DNA of 55,953 nucleotides, filler included, from Trypethelium eluteriae (taxonomy: Eukaryota): NCBI GenBank assembly GCA_051942245.1. It is 3 parts of 3 records of this genome, joined end to end, with 100 filler letters (N's around TTAATTAATTAA, not from the genome) between each part and the next. Parts side by side here need not be neighbours in the genome. Positions count along the whole stretch, not along the records: positions 37,406 to 55,953 come from JAVECL010000557.1; 2 more parts are not named here. One strand, written 5' to 3'. The notes under the pieces are model-generated. The model worked only from the letters and a program-made list of their open reading frames with translations. It was not told the DNA's origin and did not search any database. Position 1 is the stretch's first letter. Every line of letters begins with the position of its first letter. Both the position numbers and the translations under genes were made by a program. This document shows positions 47,146-55,953 of this stretch, piece by piece.

Positions 47146-47698
47146 GTCGAGATCACGAGAGTTGTATGGGATTTAGAAATTGTCTCAAAGTCCCGCGCTT
47201 TTTTGAGCGGATGACTGAAATTAGAATGACGAAGGACTGAGGGGCAATCCAGATTGTACCTGTGAGATGACTGACAATCGCAAGAACAACACAGCGGAGC
47301 GGCGGGGCAGATTCGGCGGACCTTGTCCGATGTGGCCCGGCAACCTCAGAATAATTACAGCCACCAGTGCCACCCTTGCACAAAAAACTACATAAAGGCG
47401 ACGTCGTGGTGTCCTCGCATTTCCTTCCCTACATCTTACTGTATGTCTAGCGATCTGCCAACCGAATCAAAATGTATGTACTCAGCCTCAAGCCCTACAC
47501 CTCCACTCACTATGATGTTTCCAAATCTAAACGATAACTTCTGAATACCCATGACGTATCAAAGTTCAAGCTCAACACTCTGAGAGACCACCTTCATTGG
47601 CTCATCACCTCTTCGCTTTTCTTGGAGACAGAGCTGAATGCTAACAAGTCTCTATGCTGTCTAGATATAGCTACGTGCGCGCCTATTTAACCTCATCC

Positions 47699-48980
47699 CT
47701 AGACGCCGACTGCCTTCAAACTCTTTGCTGTGTCCACAATAGACTCTTCCAACGTCCTGAACTGAACTCCCAATAAGTCCTTCGCACGACTGTTGTCAAT
47801 TTTATATACGCCCTCTGAAGGGAAATCACCCCCTGGTGTAGAATCTGCGGGTAACTGCGAGGCAAACTCGGGGAAGTGCTTGCGCAAAATCTCCCCGATT
47901 TGCTTGTTTGTGAAGTAACCTGCTGTAACGAAGAAGCGCTTATTCGCAGCACTTGGAACTTCGATAGCCTTTACATGGCTCAGAGCTAGATCTCGAACAT
48001 CGATCCAGATAAAGGTGCCGGTTGGAGAGATTTCGCTCTTGAACTTGCCTTGGATCATATCCCGGACTCGTTCATTGGATGTGTTGAGGCCAGATAGAGA
48101 GTTCAGGTAATGGAAAATGGGCCCAAGGACTAGTGGTGGGTTCATTGTTGCGACGGTGAAATTTGGGCTTTCCTTTTCCAAAAATTCCCATGCCGCCTTT
48201 TCCGCAAATGTCTTGGATGCCCGATATGCGTTTGCTGGGTTTGCCTTGCCCTCCTCAAGTGTTAGGGGGTTCCAATCAGCTTCGGAATATGTGTGCTCAG
48301 GCCATGTGCCTTTACTAGGCTTTCGAAGATCAGCAAAGTATCTTATGGAGCGCCAATGGGTCTCCTACATTAATGATAGCGGCAAAGCTCGACGTGATCA
48401 CCTACAGATGTTAGCGGATCTGAAGCTTCGTGCGCATGTCCATGAGACTTACGACGCGTTTAACAGATGGGGCGCTCTTCTTGATCGATTTCAGAATATC
48501 TGTCGTTCCAATAATCGCGGGATCGTACATGTCCTTCGCACTGTGAACATTCAGAAGGCCTTTTCCATCACAGGGACCCAAATACCTTCTGCGCATCTTC
48601 AACATTAAAATGGAAAGGCTATCGAAAATGTCAGTTCGACGTCTGCCATCGCAGTCAAGGTATCTGCATACAGATGCCGTGTGAATGACCGCCTCAAAGG
48701 GCGGATCGCTGACAACAGCCTTCTCGAATGCCCCCTCTTGCCCAATGTCTTTCACAATTGCAAAGTCAAGCTTATCCTTTGAGACGTTCGGGTGTGCTTG
48801 CTTGATGCGATCGGCCTTCTCTTGGGTTCTCACCGTCGTTACTACGCTATGACTGTACAAAGTATCAATGTGTGGACTCGCAATAGAGTGCGACTCCAAG
48901 CCATACCCATGTTCCAGAAGCGTATCGAGCACATGAGCAGCGATGAAGCCGCTTCCACCTGTAAGCAAAACCCGTGTCAT
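47699..48980 (-). CDS. NAD(P)H-dependent ketoreductase / aldehyde reductase (Gre2/Ari1-like extended SDR)
   Basis: VLLTGGSGFIAAH, VIHTASPF, VITSSFAAI, catalytic YRASK and MNPPLVLGP; several introns. Confidence 0.92.
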
Positions 48981-49687
48981 TGTGTTTCAGAAGGAGAGCT
49001 GTTTTGTACAATATCTAATCGAAAAATGAGCCTGGTTTGGAAGTGGGCTCCGTAAGACAAGCACTGCAGAAATTTAGAGAAAACCCCACAGTGTTCACGG
49101 CAATATTCTCTCTATCAATAATCTACGTCACCAGATTGAATCGCACTTAAAGCTTTTCGGATGGTCCTGACCCGACCGGTGAAAGGCTTGCTCCATCCCA
49201 CCCAATTTCTGAACAGTGATTACAAATTCATGTCAATCTTCTTTATGTGCTTTTACGTCTCCCTCAGACATTTTAAGGAAGTGCGACGCAATGTCAACGA
49301 AGTCTCATCGTGACATAAGTAGAATTCGCTAAGCGTAGGTGGGCTTCTGCGAACTACGTCATATCAACAACATTGCAGGGACCCTGCATCCAACACTGGT
49401 AGCATTCAATTCAAACATCGCCTTTGGCTCTCACGAATCAAACATTCGAATTCGTAGAGAAACATGAGCTAGATGGTTGGACTGAGTAGGCCCAGGCACC
49501 TCGACGGTGGTGTTATCTGTCCTGCGATTCGTAGAGGCTGATAATTTGCGGCAGGACAACTGTTGACACGCAGGTCCCGAATGTTTTTTTATCAAGTTAC
49601 TCCCTCCGTCTTTACTTTCCAGCTTGTCCTGCTGCAATTCTTTTCCTTATTTTGGGCGTTTTTTCTCTAGCATTTCTCGCACATCCG

Positions 49688-50677
49688 ATGATAATGAGGG
49701 GTGTTTTCCTATTCTGTCTTTCCGCGCTGGCCGCTTCCACGCAGGCCGTGGTCGTTAAGCCCCCTGGTGTTAATGATCCAGATACCGATGCATGGCTTGG
49801 GGGCATTGAAGTTCCGTCACATAAGCCTGCAATGTTACCCGGGAGTTCCAATAATGGAAGCTGTGCTGGACAAAAGCCGCCCCTTTGGCCGCCGGACCAA
49901 AAAGAGGACTATGACCGCGACGCGAAACTGGACGTAACACCCAATGCGAAAGGTGGCTCAAACTCTCAGCGAATTTTCAAACGGGACCAGATTGAGAGTT
50001 TCTACTGTGGTCGTAGGTGAAGTCAGGGAGAATCACGCTGTGCATAGAACTGATTCCTCTGCAGCTCATAGAAAAAATATTCCCAAGCAAGTGATCGGTT
50101 ACGGATATACTAGATATCAAGTGGAACAAGCGTTTCAAGATGCGGAAGTCTTCCTGAGATTTTGGGAACCACAAAGGGGTCACGATTTGAGAAGTAGTAA
50201 GCTCATCCGGGAAGACGCTTCACAATCTGCACTTTTTCTTGCCTTTCCCAAACACAAGAGGCGTTCATGTTGAAGAAACATCATGAAGGATGCGCTTTGC
50301 TAATTACTGCGTAAATAGCTCCCTACCCTCAGCTTCTCGGCGTTACCGGTGCTGTTTTTGCCAACGAACCAAACGTCCCCGAATTTTGCAAAGACAAAAA
50401 CGCTTACCTGTATGAGTATCCCATACTACGTGGAAACACCTGCGATATGAAGCCTCTGCATTTTCGTGACGGAGCTTATGCTCCCGGTCCTGACAGGGTC
50501 ATAATGGCCGCTGACAAGAAACCGAGTGGTAGTAAGCAACAAAACGAGGATCTCTTCCGAACTGCTCGGATCAAGGCTTGCACGGTTGCGACGTTCCAGA
50601 ATCAAATCGATGCAGATGCCTCTTCGACGGCTAATCCACAGCTTACGCCGTGTTCTTTGTATAAATACAATGCCTGA
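49688..50677 (+). CDS. Secreted RNase T1/N1-fold protein with pro-region, probably catalytically degenerate
   Basis: Exons 49688-50012, 50065-50196 and 50319-50677. Signal peptide, Kex2-type KR, then YPQ...YLYEYPIL...PGPDRVI...CTVATF, matching RNase T1 YPH / YYEWPIL / PGADRVV / GVITH. Confidence 0.8.
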
Positions 50678-51653
50678 TCAGGACTTGGGCGACTTTGAGG
50701 CATCGAATGGATGAGACGGAAGTCTATTCACTGAATCGTATGGCCAGACTAATTCCTGGTAGATCAGTTCTAGTTAGATGTAATGTCCTGTTAATTCGAT
50801 CTGCTCTGGCTTTCGGTGACACTTTCAGGGAAATCGGTGGTTTATATGTTACTTACTTTCACATATGCATGGCGTGATGAAACACACTTTCGCTGGCTTC
50901 CTAATTTCGAAAAGTTGAGTCTGCGCAGGTAATAATGCTCGGCACGGTGAGTCTGGGGTTGCCTCCCTGGGCTTCCTCCCCGGGTTTTCCTGGTCGGTAA
51001 TTACGGTGATACCCGTTCCAGCCCCCAAATCTCGCACTTCGCTCTGGCGGCTCTCGCCTATGCATGAGTCATTTACAGTTTTTTCTATGACATCTCATCT
51101 GGATTAGTCGCACCACACGGCCGGCCGCCACAGTGTGTCGTGGCTTAGACTACGCCTAGGGGACAGAGAGCACAGCCTGAGTCCCTTAGACTCTGAGTAT
51201 GATACAAGCTTGCAGCACCGTTGGAAGCCGTCGAATTCTCTGACTATTAAAATCTGCATCATGCGACAGCAGGAAGAAACCCGGGGAAGACTCGAGGCTG
51301 AATACGTTGCAGATTAGTATCCAGATACTATCCAGAACCCCACCGGGCGTGAACGTACTACATATGTACTCCGTATATGTACAGGCACTGGTAGGATTGT
51401 CCCCCCGCACTTAGCACTCTGCTCAGCTGTACTTCATTCGTCCTGTTTTGGTCCAGCCGCCGCCAGTTACCTTTCATAGACCGCCTCTATTGATAGGGCG
51501 CGGACTTAAGGCCTCCCTCGGCCAATGGCAGAAGCTGACGTGTTGGAGGCTCTTCTGCCTCACACTCGAAGAAGCGATTACACATATAGCCGTGGCCTGC
51601 TGGCCCAGAGTCAGAAGCGTCAGACAAAGCCTTGGAAACTCTACCCACGTGGT

Positions 51654-54043
51654 ATGGACCCTCTATCCGTTTCCGCAAGCATTGTTGCCCTAGTTGGCGC
51701 TGCGACTACTGCGGTTAAAATCATAAAAAAGCTTCACGATGCGCCAAGCGAGGTCTGTGGCTTGCTGGAGGAGATTTCCGATCTACAGGCTGTCCTTGCC
51801 GGGTTGCATACCGTGGTGACAAACTTATCAGCGGAGGATCGTTCACCAACCACGCGATTGTTGACACAAAGTCTGAGTGATCTACTTGACCGAGCGAAGA
51901 GCAAAATTGTGAAAATAGGTGGAATCATTCATGGCATCCTTGATCGGCCCGCGGCCGAAAATGGCAAAGCCAAGGTCTCGAGAGTATCCTGGCTCATGGA
52001 GAAGAGCAATGTACGGGCTTTACAAGAAGATATTCGAAGCATCAAATTGAGTCTGGCACTCCTTCTCGGCGCTGTTGCCTCGTATGTTCCCGCAGACCTG
52101 AGCGCATGGTCCTGTGCTAAAGTGGTAATGACTGACTTTGCTGTTCTAGTGACAACATCTCCAGAGTGCAAGCTCAGGTCGTCGAATTCTCTTGCATGAC
52201 GCGGGACTTCCTAAACACCAGAGTTCAAACCGGGCTGGAGACATCTACTATAAGTAGCTCGACCACTTTATCTCCGTCTGATGATGAGGAATCCTTCGAT
52301 TACCCAGATGCAGTGGGAGAGCACGATCACCAGGTGAAAGGCGTGATTGAACGAAATGTGGTGGGAGACGTCAAAGCCGTTGTTCCAGGGCGACCTCCAC
52401 CCACCAAAAATCTGGTTCGTCGATCATCGCGTTCTGCTTGTCTCAAGTCGTGCAAGTGTGCATGCCATAAGAGAAATCGTCTGGCAACCCCAGATTTTCT
52501 CAAACCTGTCTTCGGGTCTGCCTCAATTGGCTTCGAAGGGCTGCCATGGCAAAATTGGAGCTGTGCTCCTGAGTGTAAAAGGAGGTCGAACGCTGCTACA
52601 AACATCCAATATCAATTCCCACGATGGTTAATGATGAAAAATTTACAGGCTAGTTTCCAACAAGCTATTGGGGGGCCTGAGTTTCTACTCCGGGTATCTC
52701 GTCAACTACCCTCTCAGAACAAGCTGACCAGCCTCATCTACCAAGCCCAGGTGGATGCGGTCCGCACAATGTTTGTGGAAAAATTAGCTTCACCATTTGA
52801 TGTTGCTGGTCCAACCAGCAATCCTTCACTATTTCACGCTATTCACGGCGAAAGCGCGGAGATGTGCAAGCTCTTGATGGATTTTGGAGCCGACATGTAC
52901 ACCGAGAATGATGATGGCACGCGGTCCATCGACCGAGCCTGGGACTACATTCTAGCACTGCCTGAGGGAAAGAAACGGGATGAGTTTGCAGAACTATTCA
53001 AATCGGACGACTATTTTGACGACAAGGGCTTCAACATTGTGCATAGAATTGCTACAGGCGTCAGCACGAACATTAGTCTCGAAGACGCCCTTATTGCTTC
53101 AGGCGAAGATGTAGGTTGGCAATGTTAATCTCTACTTACGAAATTCTAATTCACGGGGCACTAGGTCGACGCCCAGGACAAAGATGGAAGAACAGCTCTT
53201 TCCTGGGCTGTATCTCGTGGCGACTTTACTTCAGCCCAGACGCTTCTTGCCTACGAGGCGTCACCGAACATCCCGGACCGAGTCTCATCTCCTCCTTTAT
53301 TCTATGCCTGTCGAGCTGGGTCCCTTGAATGTGTTAACCTTTTGCTTTCATACGGCGCCGATTCGTCTGTTTCAGCTGGTTGGGGAGACGGTGCTTTGCA
53401 TAATGCGGTAAAGTTTTCGTCCGGAACTCCAGAACTCGCATGGCGTCTTATCCTCGCTGGTGCGCCGGTCAATTTACGCGATCGCTGTGGATGGACACCA
53501 ATCTGTTACGCTGCTTGCTTTGGACAAGATGCCCAAATTGTTGAGACGCTCATGGACCACGGAGCCGACATGCGCAATCAGGAGGAATCCGGCATGACAC
53601 CGCTGATGCAAGCTATCAAATTCAACTCTTACGAATGTGTCAAGGTGATGTTCAAGAAGCACCCTGAGTGGGAGCGCACGACGACCGATTGGCGCGGTGG
53701 CTCAGTCCTCCACATGGCAGCTGACTATGCTGATGCAACCACATTGGGAATTCTGGCAAATGAGCGGCTGGCAGGGGTAGACTTAGAACGACGGAATTCC
53801 GCGGATCAGACTGCACATGAGGTTTTTGAGGAAAGAATCGAACTTGAAGATGATCAGAAACTGATTGATGCATGGCACGCGCTAGTTTCTTCGGTAAGAG
53901 AACAGGAGCAGCCAGAGCAATATACGGATGACTCTTTCATCGGCTTGGAAAAAGGCATGGCTTCAACGAGCATCTCAGACAAACACCTCCATCATAGCCA
54001 TATTCATTCCGGCAAAAAGACAGCCATAGCCTTGGAAGCATGA
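51654..54043 (+). CDS. Fungal STAND N-terminal (HeLo-like) domain + Cys-rich linker + ankyrin repeats
   Basis: MDPLSVSASIVALVGAA..DAPSEVCGLLEEISDL..RVSWL N-domain; CLKSCKCACH linker; ankyrin motifs (GRTALSWA, GWTPICYA, GMTPLMQA, GGSVLHMA). Introns at about 52082-52149 and 53111-53164. Confidence 0.85.
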
Positions 54044-54189
54044 CCGAGACGAGGGTTAAAAGAATTGGAATGAGGACTATTCCAACGACTTTGCTCCTTA
54101 ACCACTCTATGACTCTTTTCAGAGTGTGTTTCGATCGGACAATGATTTTGAAGGGATGGTATACCTCGAGACTCCATTTTCTTGTTTTC

Positions 54190-55056
54190 TCACGATGCTT
54201 TGCCCGCAGAGCCTATCTTATCAATGACTTCCTCCACCGACTTCTGCATTGCCAACGTTGCCTCCTCAATGACGCTCGTAAATGGCGTCTTACCCGCTTT
54301 CTCTGCCCACACGTTCTGACACGGCACATTCAACGGCTTATTGATATTGATCTTTGACACCCCATGTCCAATACACTTCTGAAAGATCTCCGGCGTGAAC
54401 GGATCCGCTCCATGCAGTACGATTCTTACCCTATCTCCCACCTTCTTACAAATCGCATCAAGCCGGTCGTATTCCAGCTGAATTCCCCTGGGCCCATAAT
54501 TGCCATGCACGTTCCCGAACGCCGGTGCCAACCAGTCGATTCCTGTATCCACGAACTCCTCCGCCTCCTCCGGACTCGTCAGCAACCCCTCCAAATCAAC
54601 CGTGTCTCCCACGCCGTCCTCCCCACCCTCGATCCTTCCGGGCTCTGCCTCGGTCGCAATTCCTCGCTCATGACAGTATGCCGTCAGTTCCCTCGTCAGC
54701 CGCAGATTCTCTTCTTTTTCGTAATGGCTCATGTCCACCATGATACTATCGAACCCGCCCAAATCGGCTGCCCGTCGCACGATCTCGGGCGTCTGTGCGT
54801 GGTCGAGGTGGAGGGTCGCGGGAATCTTGGCGTTGCGACAGGCTTCAGCGGCAAGATGTACGAGTAAGCCGTCGGCGTAGTGGATCGCCCAGGGGAAGAG
54901 CAGGATGATGATGGGTGACCGCTTGGCTTCGGCGGCGCGGAGAGAGGCGAGGATGCCTTCGGTATTGTAGGCGCACATGCCAGGGATACCGTAGTGGCCT
55001 GAGGCAGCGGCACTGAGGAGAGGGATAGCACGGTTTGAGCCCATTTTGGAGGCCAT
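54190..55056 (-). CDS. Class II (Zn) ketose-bisphosphate aldolase
   Basis: Motifs LHLDHA, SIMVDMSH, EAEPGRIEGGEDG, APAFGNVHGNY, VLHG and KININ; intronless, 288 aa. Confidence 0.93.
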   Translation of the reverse strand: MASKMGSNRAIPLLSAAASGHYGIPGMCAYNTEGILASLRAAEAKRSPIIILLFPWAIHYADGLLVHLAAEACRNAKIPATLHLDHAQTPEIVRRAADLGGFDSIMVDMSHYEKEENLRLTRELTAYCHERGIATEAEPGRIEGGEDGVGDTVDLEGLLTSPEEAEEFVDTGIDWLAPAFGNVHGNYGPRGIQLEYDRLDAICKKVGDRVRIVLHGADPFTPEIFQKCIGHGVSKININKPLNVPCQNVWAEKAGKTPFTSVIEEATLAMQKSVEEVIDKIGSAGKAS

Positions 55057-55660
55057 GGTGATAGGAGCGGGATTTCGAGGATTAGAGAATAAGAAAACAG
55101 ATCAAGAGAGACGTCAGATCGCTAAATGAAGAGGAAGTATTGATTATAAGGAAAAGTCTGGAGTTGAATTGATGAAACAAACATCGTAAAATTTCTTATG
55201 CCCGCATTGCCGTTCTATTTACGGGCCCCAGAGCTACTGAGAGGAAATATCAACAGTGACGTTTTTCTTCGGTACGATTTACCCCGCCGCAAACCCCACA
55301 TCGATATCGATATGTCACAGCTTCCAGGACTACGTCCCACCCGTCCGTGTGTTGCAATTGGTTCCCAATACGTACTGCTACAGAAAAACTTAAGGTAGTG
55401 CCAGCGGCAGAGCAAGTAAGCCGAATGGATATGCAATGCCGAAGGTAGTATGCCGGAGTCCAGTCCGTCTCTTGATCATCCGAAGGCAATGGCATGGCGG
55501 ACCGAAGAGTCTTGAATAATTTTTTTTTTCAATGTCTTCTCTTTTCTCAATTCTCTTGTAAGACTTAAATTCTCATACTCAATCTTGTATTCTGCAAAAT
55601 TATCTCACGAAAGCACTCTTCTCTGAAACTGAAATCTAAGCTCGTACATCCTCCACCACC

Positions 55661-55953
55661 ATGTCATCCACCAAGCCTACAATAGGCTTTTGCGGCCTCG
55701 GGTCCATGGGTTTTGGAATGGCTACAAACCTAGTCAAACAAGGTTACCAAGTGAAAGGTTACGACATCTTCCCAAAACCGGTAGAGCGCTTCAAAGAAGC
55801 CGGTGGCATTCCCGCCACCTCTCTCGCCGACTCAGCAGAGGGTAACATATTCTACATCTGCATGGTAGCATCCGCACCACAAGCCCAAAATGCACTCTTC
55901 GACGATCCAAAAGCCATCGTACCTGGTAAGTTCAGTCCTTCCAAACGTTACTT
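55661..55953 (+). CDS. Beta-hydroxyacid dehydrogenase (LtnD / 3-hydroxyisobutyrate dehydrogenase-like), 5' part
   Basis: MSSTKPTIGFCGLGSMGFGMATNLVKQGYQVKGYD...YICMVASAPQAQNALF; the exon ends at 55925 before GTAAGT. Confidence 0.88.
   Translation, partial: MSSTKPTIGFCGLGSMGFGMATNLVKQGYQVKGYDIFPKPVERFKEAGGIPATSLADSAEGNIFYICMVASAPQAQNALFDDPKAIVPGKFSPSKRY

Noticed and set aside
1..55953. tRNA, rRNA, intact transposon or PKS/NRPS backbone gene
   Set aside because: None recognised by eye; a tRNAscan-SE/Infernal run would be needed to exclude small RNAs.

Overview
This is filamentous ascomycete (Pezizomycotina) nuclear DNA with spliceosomal GT-AG introns and CTRAY branch points. The window is not one locus. 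Three contigs (1-18641, 18742-37305, 37406-55953) are joined by artificial 100-nt spacers (44 N + TTAATTAATTAA + 44 N), so adjacency across the spacers means nothing. Contig 1: BUD23, SVP26, a Tc1/mariner-derived HTH gene, an SDR, two hypothetical genes, the Pro1/NosA/ADV-1 Zn2Cys6 regulator and a truncated SAM-domain gene. Contig 2: the 3' end of a rhodanese (TUM1-like), secreted and lectin-like proteins, a divergent acyl-CoA dehydrogenase / family III CoA-transferase pair, an F-box-like gene, a TGL4-like patatin lipase and a SET-domain gene. Contig 3 looks accessory: a DUF3237-like gene, a membrane protein, a decayed UstYa/DUF3328 gene, an intronless HET-domain gene, a decayed STAND N-terminal-domain gene, a diverged NTF2 paralogue, a ketoreductase, a secreted RNase T1-fold protein lacking both catalytic histidines, a STAND-N-terminal/ankyrin protein, and a divergent class II aldolase / LtnD-like dehydrogenase pair. 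The best leads are genes the ORF track misses or fragments: the six-exon NTF2 paralogue near the HET gene, the catalytically degenerate RNase, the DUF3328 pseudogene, and a transposase HTH spliced onto an acidic tail read from another frame. All family assignments come from recognising motifs by eye; no database search was run.
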